Shown piece after piece: positions 47,913 to 60,500 of a DNA stretch of 64,000 nt. A program made the position numbers and the translations under genes. The DNA lies in the NCBI GenBank assembly GCA_907165135.1, contig OU015567.1, positions 13,578,001 to 13,642,000 on the forward strand, read 5' to 3'. Position 1 is the first letter of the stretch. Each line of letters begins with the position of its first letter. The notes beneath the pieces are model-generated. The model ran no database searches. It was not told the DNA's origin and saw nothing but the letters and a program-made list of their open reading frames with translations. Source of the DNA: Oikopleura dioica. Taxonomy: Eukaryota > Animalia > Chordata.

Positions 47913-49529
47913 ATGTCACTCGGAAAGAGATATGTTTTGGCAATTATGGTGGTGTTTTCCGGTTGTAATATGCATTTTACAAGATCTAATATAAATATTG
48001 CGATTGTTGGTAAGTTATTTTATTCTTCGAATTTAAATCATAATTATGAAAAGGGATGGTGAACAGAACCTATCAAGAAAGTCTATCAAGTACTGGAAAT
48101 TCAACGACGGAGAGTGTTTGCGGCGGAGAGCACGTGGGCTCAAGTAATAACAACGATGGCCCGTTTATGTACTCAAATACTCAACAGACCCTTTTACTAA
48201 GCTCGTATTACTACGGCTACTGTTTGTTTTCGATTGCAGGAGGATATGTCGTTCATAAATATGGAATAAGAAGAACTGTTTCTTCGGGATTGTTGATTGC
48301 TGGATTGCTTACTTTGACGATTCCGTCAATTTTAAAAACTGACGAAGGAAGAAGTGGCGACTTTTATGGACTTTATATCTGCATATTTCTAAGGGCACTG
48401 ATTGGAGTGACTCATGTGGGTAAGAATTCGATGCTCGTAATCAAAGTTAATTGTTTCTTGAAGTAATTGGACCAGCAGCGGCGGGCTCATGGACCAAATG
48501 GGGCCCAGAAAGTGAGCTTTCTTTCCTCACAAGTCTGACATTTTGCCCAAACGTCCTTGGAACGTCGATTCTCAATACTTTCGGCGGCTGGCTCGGTTCA
48601 ATCTTTGGATGGGAAAGTATTTTCTACGTGACTTCTCTATCGAATATTACTGTGGGATTAATTTGGTATTTCATAATTGCGGAATCTCCTGAGAGCCATC
48701 CGTCGATATCTGAAAAGGAAAAATCTTATATTATCAAAAGTCGCAGGGAACAGAAAACCAAAAGCGACCAGAAAATACCAGTCTTTGACATTTTTACTTC
48801 TCCGGCTATTTTTGGGATAATTATCGCCAACTTGACTTCAAACTGGGGAACACTGACTCTAGCTATTCTCTTCCCAAAGGTAAATTCAAGCACATCGCTT
48901 ATAAATTCTAACGCTAGACCTTTTACAGTACCTAGCCGATGTACAGGGCTATGACATCGCTTCCGTCGGTTGGATGTCTGGCATCACTTCCTGCTTGAAT
49001 CTCGTGGCTTGTCTGTTTGCTGGAAAAATCTGCGACATCATTCACCAAAAATGGAAAGTCTCACGACTCAATCTCATTCGAGGATGCGTTATCATCGCAG
49101 GAGTTCCTTCTGCTATGTTTGCTTTTAGCATGTCTCTCGTTGGATGCAATATTCTCCTAATTCTATGTCTCGTGTGTCTTCAAAATTTCTGCATGGGCTT
49201 CGACAGTGCCGGATCAAAACCCAACGCGGCTTTTATTGCACCTGCATTTGCAGGCTTTATCATGTCGATTCAAAACTGCATGGCTTGTACCCCAGGATTC
49301 ATCTCACCAGTCATCGCTGGGGGAATTTTGGACGGAGAAGGAGATATTGAGAGCAAATGGAGAACGATTTTTCAACTTGAAGCTGTTGTTCTTTTTCTCG
49401 GGGCTGTTGCTTTTTGCTTCTTAGGATCAGGTAAAAATATGACCAAAACTAATGTTGACTTTTTTAGCTTCTATTCAACCCTGGGCAGAGCAAAACAATG
49501 AGAAGAAACTCATTCCATCTTCTGAATAA
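47913..49529 (+). CDS. SLC17A: SLC17 (sialin-like) MFS anion transporter
   Basis: RYVLAIM..R.NINIAIVGMVN, LLSSYYYGY, FGWESIFYV, P..HPSISEKEKSYI, DIFTSPA..II.AN, IAPAFAGFIMSI.N..A..PGFISP, QPWA. Confidence 0.88.
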
Positions 49530-49959
49530 AGGCTTTTAATAAAAAGTTAAATCGAGACTCTACTGATCGAGGTCACTTTTATTACGCTCCTAAAATCAAA
49601 GAAATGGGCACGCGTGAGACTCAGCGGGGTGCGCGTCATTAGCTACGGTTTGGGGGGTTTGCGTCACTAGTTACGGTTGCGTCAATAGCTACGGTGCGTC
49701 AATAGCTACGGTCCCTGTGACTCATTTTTAACCGTAACTATTGACGCACCGTAGCTATTGACGCAACCGTAACTAGTGACGCAAAATGGCAAAAGTTCAC
49801 GCAAAATTTCCAGAATTCAAGAAAAGCCGGCATTTTACACTGAGTCGTCTGTCTATGAGACTGTCGAAGTTAAAACCTAATGATCTGTATTCAATTCTGT
49901 TTGTTAATAAAGGGATTTCATAATTTCATAATTCAATTTCAAAATTAAATTTTTCTGCG

Positions 49960-52900
49960 ATGGAATTTATGGAAGAGAATGAGCACATAGAAATAGAAGC
50001 GCCGTTAAAACTTATGCCTTTCTATGATATGGTGGAAAATTTTGAAAATAACAATTTCTCTCATCAATTTTTAACAATTCAAATTATCTAAAACATTATA
50101 AACGCAAATCAGATTCTTCCATCACAAATAAGAATTAGAAATGGGAACTCCTTTAAAGCCTACTATTTGTGGCTTGAGTCTGACGAAGTATGGTTGTAAT
50201 TTTCGCGTTGGTTTGAAATTGGACTCAATTTATTTTTGGATGGCTCCAAGAAATGATTACAAATGGACAAAAGCGTCTGACGGATGGAGTAAGATTTTGT
50301 TATGGTGTCCTGGTGCTATGCATGGTGCTTCTTGTCTCACGACTTATATCTACGCAAGGACAACAAATTTGAAATTGCGATGCTTTTGGCAGTTTGAAAA
50401 TTTCAAAATTGATGGATTTGAAGGAAATTCTTAAATTTTTTATTCTTTGAATATTAATAAGATTGCTGTATTTGGCCTACCGGCAAATCATAACCCTTCT
50501 ATGAGAATTGAGTTCTATTTTTTGGTTTAGTCATAAAGATAAAGAATCCTTGAAGACTATGAAAAATTCAAAATTTCACATTCTCAAAAATGCACGGTCA
50601 AATCTATCTGGAGAGAAATAGTCTCTGACTGGATGAAGAATATGCATTATTTGAACTGCCTCTCGAAAAATCCTCGGAGTCCAAAACAAATGCGGGATTT
50701 CTTCAGTGAGCGACTTGAACTTGATTCAACAGAAAAAGCGTATTTCTCTGGCAACCATGATCGAAATTTGCGAAATTTGGCTAGTAAAAGAGCTAAAAAA
50801 GTAAAATTGCAGCGAGTGGTGGATGTTCAGGATACTGTGCTATCCAAAATTGAAGAAAAATTCTTTTTCCTTGGAATGGTTTTAATAATTAATAGTTATT
50901 AAAATATGATTTTTGTCAAAATGCCGAAAATCTCTGCAACACAATAATTAAAGATCTAAAACCAATGTAGAATGTAAACCTTTTAGGCTTACTAATGACA
51001 CCATTTCACCGCCGCTGGAGGAAAAAATTCCTTATCTTGATAGTCATATTATACTTGCACTTCAAGAAAATCTGGATATTCTTATGGAGTCATTTATCTG
51101 GGCGTATGACGGAAATTTCAAATGTGTGGATGGAAAGATTAAGCAGCTTTGGATTATCTCGAGTAGTGTTGATGGCGAAAATTTTCAACCTCGCGTTTGG
51201 TGTTTTTTGGAGGGACAGTCTACTGAAGATTATCGAGCTGTTTTTGATACAATTTATGAAGTGACACGAAAACGAATACCAAATGTTATGTTTATCACAG
51301 GTGATTTTGAGGATGCGTCGAGGAAAGCAACAAGGGAATTTTTTTCTGAGCGTTTTGCGCGTTATATTGATCTTGGGGCATGTTCGAGTGGGCTCCATTA
51401 TCATTTTTTTTAATGAAAATTAACATGCAGGCAAAATAAGGCAAAATTCTCAATTACTGATTACGGAGAGATCCCCTTAAGATTTTCGAAAAATTTTGGT
51501 CCTATAGTATAGCCCGATATTTTGTCTGGGGGACCAGAAGAACAGGGACGCACGTCCACTCCTTAAAGTTTTAAACATCGATTTTTCTTGGATAACCTCA
51601 AGTTACAAAATTTGATCAGACAAAAAAGATGATCAGCCAGAGCGAGTTTCATTGCCACAAATGGATGTTTATGAAACACCACAACAGAAACTACCTCCCG
51701 AAAATTTTAGAACGGATTTAATGTGACCCTCGAAGAACCTAGGATTTTTCACTTTTAGTGGGATATACGAATTGGCGCACTTGAATTTTTAGTATTTATA
51801 TCCGACTGTTGAGTTCCACCGACTCATAGTATCTAACTAACTGAGTTTATATCCAATTTTTGAAGCGGCGAAAGCAGCTTCTTCAGTCGCACATCGCCCC
51901 ATTGAGAGCATTTTAAATTCATCAGTTGCTCGTGTTCGCTGATAGATAGCTTGCCAAAGCAATCCGTTAAAATCGCCATCGCAACAGGACATTTTAGCAC
52001 GTGAGCGGCTACAGCTGCGTTAGGAAGTAAATTCCGCCGCAGACGGGGATAACAATGAGCAGCAACTTCAGCCTTTGAGTTGACAAGCGCCCAAACTAGA
52101 ATTGTATGGAAAATGTCGTCGTTTTCTATGTTGAGAGGACATCTGTCGAAATTGAATCCTTTTAAAAGCATAAGACACGAGTGTGCCCGAATTTTCGGTG
52201 TTTTGGTACATTTAGGATAATCATTCACGCGATTTCCTTGAACGCCAGCAAAATATTCCAGCAGCCAAAATCTGCAGACCAGGCGGTATATCCTTTTTGA
52301 AATGTTGGCCGACTTTCGAGGGCTAGCCACTTAATGGATCACGCCGTTCCGAGCGCAGATTCTGAAATTGCTGGCAGACGAGACGAACCTAGAATGTTCC
52401 GCTTACGGCGAGGAAAATCTGGCTTTAGCTTTGCTCATGGCTTGAAATTGAAAAAAGCAATTTTTAAACGCTGTTTTTAATGAAGGGTGAAATCAGGTTT
52501 GACATCACTCTCTTCTGCTTCATAAGGTGGGGAAGTAAGGGATGGACTTAACCGAGAGCTACACGAGTGTTCGCTCGGGAGGATGACTATTTACACCACA
52601 GGGAAAATGTTTTCCGCACGTTCGATCGATCACCAATTCGAATTGAGCCCATTTTCATTGAACCAATTTTTCGATTTTTATAAATATTAATAAGTTGTGA
52701 GCGAGTCGTTTTTTTTTGTAAAATACATAAGAATAGTTTAAAGAAAATAATCATGAGCGAGAGTATTACTTTTAAATTTTGTACAGTTAGTTTCGATGTT
52801 CTCGTTTATGTTTTCAGAAAGTAAAGCTACGATACTCCGAGATCCTAAGAAAAAAATTGAATTCCATGTTCTTGAATTAATATTTCATGCCCCAGTTGAT

Positions 52901-55900
52901 AAAAAAAGTAAATGTGATATAATATTTCAGACAGAAAAAGTGATTTAAGTGCGCCATAAAAGTCGACTCAGAACACAGCTCAGAGTTCAGCAAAAGTTTT
53001 TTTTCCGGATTTTCTGATAATAAAAGGAAAATAAATTTTGAATCTTAGGTATTGTTTCTTTAATTTGTTTTGCCTTATTTTGTCGATGCATGTTATTAAA
53101 ATTTGAAACTTTTGATTTAATAGAGCCACATACAGTTCCATTATCAGCAAAGTGCTAAAAGATACGCCGAAACCAAGCTCAGACTAGCTGTTTCTTACCG
53201 TGACAAGAAATCTTGGAAGGTCAAAGCTTTACTTAAGGACCCCTTCGTCAAGAAGTTCTAGGCATATTTAAGTGGTAGAACTAGGTTTTTCGAAAAACGG
53301 GCGCTCAAGGTCAGCCAACCTTAGATTTTCAAAATCTTCTTTCGGGTGTAGATTTCGTAAAGTCTTAAATTCGGAACATGTTGATCTAACTTAAGGGTAT
53401 CCGCCTCAATTCACCAATTCGCAAAAACTCTCCACTTATTTATGTGACTTGTTTTTCTTTTATTAAAAAGTTTTACGAAAACTGTGGCGATGTTAATCAG
53501 GAATCAAATAACAACCTTTACATTTAGCCTTCAGTTGGCAACTCCCGGCTGAGGGATTCGAGTTTCTCTATGTACTCGTAGTTTCTTGATTTTTGTTACT
53601 GCTATTATAATTAACAGTGATCAGATGATCGTTATAACCTTACCCATCATAATAAATTTGATTTACTTTGGCCGGAGAGGTTGAGGATAGTTTCTATCAC
53701 ACCGAATCCTAGTTCAAATTATACAAAGCAGCAAAATTCTAGTTTATGTATCAGAGCCACTGTCTCACGGTACTGAGGGCCAGAAACGAAGGGGTCTTTA
53801 AGCTTCAAACTGTCCTTCATTTTTCTGATTGTCTGATTGCGGAATCTTTTGAGGAATGCCTAAAAGAAGAAATTTCCGAAATAAAAAATGATGTCGATGG
53901 CCCAAAATGGGATGAATGGGCAAATTATATTTTCAAAACTTATACTCGACCTGACGCTCAGTATTCGCCACAAAGTTGGTCGGAAATTTGGGCGACGAGG
54001 GCAATTAGTGGTGATTTTGATTCTACAAACAATCATTTAGGTGAAGGATTTATTAATTATTCAGTGCCCGTGATCGATCTTACAGTATAAATTGACTTTT
54101 GCCTTTTTTGGCAAATGATAAATGCGTTTTTATCGAAAGATTTTCTTTTCTCGCCATTTATCAGACTAGAACAAACTCGTAACAAAAGTAGAAGGCCGTC
54201 ATGCGCTTTTTAAACAATTGAAGCCGCAAAGTGCCTCATCGTATTTTCCATCTCGTTTATAATCGTGCTTTCAGCCGCTTCGATTCCCAGAATCTCAAAC
54301 ACCTTCGGAATGTGATTCGAAGACGTTCTTTTCCAGTCGATTTTCTGACCGGACATAAGCAAAAAGTATCGACAATTTCTTAAATCTTTAAAAGAATCTT
54401 TAAATTCCTTGCTTCGAAAACGCGGACTATCGAAGCAGAAATCGATCAACGACATTTTACAAATAGTACACGATATTCAAACTGAGAAGATAAATTTGCA
54501 GAATTTTATGGCGGAACCCCGATTTGATCATCTAATTTTGGTGGAGAAACGACAGAAAAAAGTCTATTGCCTCAAGAATTTGATTTTTTATGATGCTCTC
54601 ACCAGATTCTATAACAATACTGGACGTCGAGCTATAACTGATTATGTTGAAAAATCGTCATTGAAAGAAGAAATGAAAATTCTTGCTTATCGACTGTACG
54701 GCGCCGGAAATCGAGCGGAAACTTTGCTGACGAATCCTCAGAAGTATGCTGAGTTTGTTCAAGATGCCGAGAAAAATGAAGTTTTTAATTGGCTTCTTGC
54801 AAAAATTGGAGAAAAGTCAAAAAATCAACATCCAAAACAACCACAACAAATAAACCCGCCGAACAATTTCACTCCAAGTCAACCTTCTCTCCCAAAATCA
54901 GTACCAGAAAATCCACCTGTTCAAGGGATAACGACCTATCCAGTTCAATACCAACCTCCAATACCAGTTTATCAGCAAGGAGCTGTTACGCCTGTTGTTG
55001 TGAATCATACAGATTATATTCCGAGAATCCAGTCTTATCTAGAGCCAGGGCCCTCTGGGTCATTTCTGAGATTATTGGAAGACATTGATGAGCCATTCTC
55101 TCCAGATACGCCTACTTTGGCAAGCAGCTGTAATCATTTTGAAATCGGGGGACATTTTGACTCTACAACTTCCGGAGACTCGGGCTTACCATCTGAAAAG
55201 ATTGATAATGCTGGAATGACTCCACAGAACAATTTCGCTCAAAATGGACTTGATAACTCATCAGAAAGTGAAGATGAGTGTATTTACGCTCAACTCCGAA
55301 CTCCATTTGAATTGAAGTCGCCTTCGGAAATTAGTCACGAGCCAGTTATTATCCAGAAAATTGGCAGGAAAGATAAATTTCCGTCATTGATTTCTATGGA
55401 TTATTTTCTCAGCGAACTTGCTCATGGAGTCGAGAGAGTGGTTATTCCGCTTAGTACTACAAAAAAAATGATGATGCGATGTTTGCGACCAGCCAATTTG
55501 ATTTTCACACTTCTTGATCAGAATTGGTTTTTACGTTGTGATACCCTTATTTTTCCCTGCCATAAGGAAAAGGAGAATGAATTCTACGTCATTGAAATCG
55601 ATTTGAAAAATCGGAAATCGAGGTAAAATATGTCTTGTTAAACAAAAATTGACTACGGTTGATAGAATTTATGATTTTCTTGTTGGCTCGAAGAACCTGT
55701 TTGGTTTCAATATTCTTACTGTTGGTCATGAGTTTATGAGTTTTGTGCTTGCTTTGAAAAATTTCTTGAATGGGAAATTTGGCGCTCATTTTCTTCATCA
55801 AGTATCCCAGGAGCAAATTGCGACGGAAGCTCTTTGTCGGATTGATATTATTCAGTGCCCAGTGGAAAAGGTTAACATTAAATTTTACACCATAAATTAT

Positions 55901-56080
55901 AAAAAATTTAGCGGTTCGAAAGAGGTGACTCTCATCTGGTTGTCCTAGGAATTGTTGAGAAATTATGCTCTGGAGAAGATCCAGAAAGTTTGGATATCAA
56001 AAATATTCGAAATTTTTATACTGAGAAGGTAAATTAAGTCATCCAAATTCATATAAAAAAATTCTAGTTTCGTACGGAGA
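49960..56080 (+). CDS. MULE transposase, multi-exon, with a long C-terminal extension; intactness unverified
   Basis: YDGNFK..QLWII..PRVWCFLE..EDYRAVF..ITGDFEDA (51084-51390); HYQQSAKR..KLRL..Y (53139-53212); W..YIFKTY..W..TNNHL|ESLNSLL (phase-1 intron 54041-54394 gives the TNN..E motif); ORF 54409-55626. Outer coordinates approximate. Confidence 0.75.
51833..52330 (-). pseudogene. Captured TRPM channel N-terminal (MHR4-like) fragment inside the MULE
   Basis: IFHTILVWALV..AEVA, AMAILTDCF and LKCSQWGD resemble recalled TRPM motifs PFHEL.VWAVL..MA, A..LL..CY and RRCPLWGD. No TM domain; flanked by stops. Confidence 0.6.
54228..54362 (-). pseudogene. Captured fragment of an RNA polymerase largest subunit (RPC1/POLR3A-like)
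   Basis: KRTSSNHIPKVFEILGIEAAESTIINEMENTM closely resembles the recalled RPC160-type motif RT.TNH..EVF.VLGIEAAR..II.EI..TM. Confidence 0.75.
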
Positions 56081-57505
56081 AAATGAACGCAAGAAAAAGA
56101 AAAATTCATGAAAGTTCTTCTTCTTCAAATTTTTCGTCCTCGATTGAACTCTGATTATGAACTTTTTTACTGAGAATAAATTTTTTTCAACTGAACTTGA
56201 TCTGAACTTTTTTTTGCGTTACTAGTTACGGTTGCGTCAATAGCTACGGTGCGTCAATAGCTACGGTCCCTGTGACTCATTTTTAACCGTAACTATTGAC
56301 GCACCGTAGCTATTGACGCAACCGTAGCTACTGACGCAAACCCCCCAAACCGTAGCTATTGACGCGCACCCGACTCAGCGGGAGCGAAATGTCAGAGGGA
56401 TGAGCCGTTAGATGGGCGAATTTTATGAGCAATAAATCCATCCAAGGTTGCGAGTGAGCGTTATTAGGAGGCTGAAAATCGTCAAATTGATTTTTTAGCG
56501 AGGAGTACTTTTTTTATAGCGTTCTCACGATCTAAAAAATAAAGAAAATCCTCATACTTCGACTTACATTAAGTGATTGACCGGCCTCTATATCATATAG
56601 ACTATATGCTCAAGAATTTTATTAAAGCTTTATTTATTAAAATAGTTTGACGAAGATCGCACTTTCGACAAAAACTCTTTGCTAAGCACTTTTCGCCATT
56701 TTCTGAATTCTTCGACCTTGGTGGGCTGGTTTCATATGCATTTATTGAACAGATAAGATTTCTATGATAAGAGAATTCACGCATTTGAATGAAGCAAGAA
56801 ACAGCTGAGGCAAAAATGAGCTTCTCAACCTCGGCGCTCTTGAGCGCGCTTCTCGAACGCGGAGAAATCTCCTACTTTTAATCGTCTGTGATTTTTTATT
56901 TAATATTTTTTGCGCTTCTCTTAGCGATATTTATAGAGCAAGCTTATCGCCTTCGTGGGGAGGAAAAGACACCTTATGAGTTAAAGAGATATAAATCCAG
57001 CGAAACACGTAGGACAGGAAACAAAACGCGTGAGAAAGAAAAACAGTAAAGAGATATCAGAAAACATTCGAAATGATGACTTTATGAAAACGTCCAGGTT
57101 AGCTGACCTAAATGATCATTCATGATTTTATAATAAAATCGTATTTTTGACACTTAATTGAGCTGAATGGAAACTTTTTGTAAAAAGAGAGGATAATCAA
57201 AGAATAAGCCCAATCTCAAAACATCGAAAATTTTCCGGTCTTTTTCTTTTCTTCGAAACAAAGCGCCTTTTATACAATAAAGCGTCCGGGGTTGAAAAAT
57301 AATCAAAAACGTCGAGAATTGATTTTGTAGCCGCAACTTGAGCCGCTGATTTATGAACAGTTTTAATCAAATTTGCGAAAGCCACGTTTAATACGCAGAA
57401 GCAAATCGCCACCTGGGGATTTACTACAGGGCCAGATTAAACCCTTGTTTAGGCTTCTCGGTGGAGACACAGAACACAAAAAAAAAGAGAAAAAATTGAC
57501 ATTTG

Positions 57506-60500
57506 ATGATGAAGGTGAAAAAGAAGAACATTTTCTTTCTAGCCTCAAGTGGTTTTGGCTTCAATTTGTTAGGAAAGGACTTGCTCAAGCATTAGTGAAA
57601 TTATAATATTAAAATTTTGAATATGGAACTTCGACAAATCCTGCCTAAAAGACAACCCAACAAATATCCTTCATTCAACAACAAAAAATGATTTTGGCAG
57701 AAGTGTTGCTTTCACAAAAAGTTCGAGGCTCCTTGTTGGCGCTCCAAAACATAACAACCAAGGAAACCTGTTTTCTTGCGAATTATCCTCCTACGAGCAC
57801 AACTGCACAGATCTTTACTTTGACAACATGCAAATAAACGCACCTGGCGATTATTCGAACAACTTTATCAGAAACTTGGACAATGAAAATTTTGGCTTTT
57901 CAATGACAATCAGCGATGACGGGATTCTAGCCGTATGTGCGCCACGATCGAAATTTCGCTCAAAAATCGGAGAAAAATATGCAATCACCGGTCGATGCGT
58001 CTTTCACAATGTTGATTCAAATGAACCCGCTCAGGAAATCATCCCTTGCAACCCAAAAGAAGAAGGACTGAAAGGCAAAGGCGAGGCTTTCTGCCAAGTC
58101 GGTCTTGGCGGAGTTACTTCTTACAGAGCTAGAGGAAACTATACTGGCTTCGTGAGCGGCAATCCTGGCGCAAATTACGGGCAAGGAGAAATCAGAAGAT
58201 TCTATCACACGGATCCGAGCAATTCAATGACGAAATGGACGGTCGATGTTCTCAACAAAGATTTCTTCGAAGACAAGCTTAAATTTCACCTGCTAAAGCA
58301 GCGGATCTACAAAGATCCAACTATACCCACAATGCTAGCTGTAAGTTTTTCGTGTTAAAATGAAGCTCTAACTCGCCAATAGAAAGAAATAGCTGCAGAT
58401 TTATTCGCTAACTGTAGCGAGCTTGATCAAAATAGTCAAAACTTCACTATTTGCATCGAATTTCAGGTTTTTGCATGATTCAAAGATCAATCATTCTTTT
58501 ATTTTCATATTTTCACGAATCGTGAATTTCGATGATTACCACCACTCTTATTCTTGATTGCACCGAAGTATGATTCCTAGGAATAAAAATTCAAATACTC
58601 ATAAAAACATTTTTTTAAGAAAAATCGTATTGTAACGAAACAGTACCAAGAATACATCGAAGAGTATTATGATGGACAGCACATGGGAAGTTCAATCGCA
58701 ATATTTAAAAGAGGGTTGATTGCTGTTGGAGCTAATCACCGATTCAGATACAATCTTGTCGGGGAGATGCTATTCTACAATTTGGAAAATCAACCTGATA
58801 AGTACGAATTTTATTAGTTTCGCTTTTCAAGAATTATTAAAAGAATTCGATTCTCGTTGAACTCCGAAAATTTCACATCTGGGGCACAAATGGGCGAGCA
58901 ATTCGGCGCCTCACTTGTTGTTGGTGATTTCAATGGGGATGGAAAAGAAGACATCGCTATTGGCGCGCCAACCTGGTCGAGAAATTTGAAAAATGATAAA
59001 TCTATGGAAGCGAATTGTGGACGCGTCTACATCTTTGAACGAGTAACGATCGAAATTCACGTTGGTTGGGTTCGTGAAGCGAATAGCTTCGAAGGAGGTT
59101 CTGCAAATGCTCAGTTTGGATCTTCCTTGACGACCCATGATTTGAACAGGGATGGATTTGATGACTTGATAGTTTCAGGTAATTGTCTTATGATAAGACT
59201 CTTATCATTTATCTATTCTTAAATAATTCCAGCGCCGCATGAATCTTCTGAAATGAGCGATCAAGCAGGCAGCATTTATATCTTCTCCGGATCCCCAGCC
59301 GGTCTACAAGAGCATTTTTTCCAAAAGATCTCGCCCGACTCCGGCCGTCTCCGATTCGGCAGTTCATTCGCTTTTGGATCAAAGCTTGCCGCTGCTTCCT
59401 CGCCTCCTCCATCTACCGGCTTACTCGCTATCGGCGATGCAGCCGCCTCCTCTGTCTTTGTCTTCGAAACGCTTCCCACGGTCAACATCGCCCTTTCGCT
59501 GCCCAGAATGAATACTGCTACCGTCGACGAAAACGGTTTCAATTGCAAAGGACAAAATAACTGCTGGCAAGTTTGCATGTCCTGGAACTCGAATTTCACC
59601 GAACTGGAAAATATGCAACTTGATTTCGAGATCATCACAGTTTTGGACAAACGATTGTCTTGCACTGACAACTGGCTATGCGGAGTAGATGAAAATATAA
59701 TCGTCGAGCATTTGACGAAAGTGTCACAAAATGAAGCGCGATGCTCAGACAGTGTTCCACTCAATTACACCATCATTCAATCGGAAATTTTAAAGAGCGC
59801 TGAACTGAAGACAAACATCACTCTGTCGAGCATGGCCGAAAAATTCGTCGTCAACCCCTTCTCACAATCTGTAAATACCTCAGTTCCAGTCCGAAGAGAA
59901 TGTGGGCATGATAATTTATGCAACAGCGTTCTTACGATTTCCAACTCGCCTTCAAAGCTTGAGCCAAAGAAGCTCGAGTACAGATCAAGAAGCTCGGAAA
60001 AAGAAGTTCAGCTGAAAATTAACTTCGGAGTTGAAGAAGATCCAAGCTACAACACAATTCTTTCGGTTTCTTATCCAAAAGGTGATTTGTCAAGAATGCT
60101 TGAAATCTTCAAAATTTAGGCTTTCGTGTTCGCTATGGAAAACGGCGTTTCAAAAATAGTCAAAAACGTCTCCATCATTACGTCAATGACAATGAAAATC
60201 GAGTGGCAAAGTTTTCTTTTGGACCCAAAGTTGAGAAAGGCTGGATTTACACGGAAATTTCATTCTTCGTCGAGCCAACAGGAAGAGTGAGTGAGGAAAC
60301 AATTTATTGGAACGTAACAAATGTCAACGATGGTGCTTCAAGTATGATCTCTGGAGAAGAGGTCATATTCTATGAGATAAAACCTGACATTAGGTAAAAC
60401 ACATCTCCTATTAATTTAACAATTTTCAGGGTTCTTGAGGGGCAAACCAACATCCTCTGCTCACAGCGCCAATTTCTTGACAATTGTGCAAACGATCTTC

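Larger units (their letters stand above)
49627..56371 (+). mobile_element. Mutator/MULE DNA transposon (6745 bp), full length with cargo
   Basis: ~160-bp TIRs beginning GGGTGCGCGTCA (49627-49786 and 56212-56371); exact 9-bp TSD GACTCAGCG at 49618-26 and 56372-80; internal MULE transposase motifs. Confidence 0.93.

Noticed and set aside
51465-53410. TTAA-flanked GGG/CCC motifs (51473-80, 53392-400) as ends of a nested Kolobok element
   Set aside because: The sequences are not reverse complements and face the wrong way for a TIR pair.
54190-54262. EGRHALFKQL as the transposase catalytic exon
   Set aside because: Runs into a stop near 54260; the acceptor at 54394 (ESLNSLL) continues into a 405-codon ORF and fits better.
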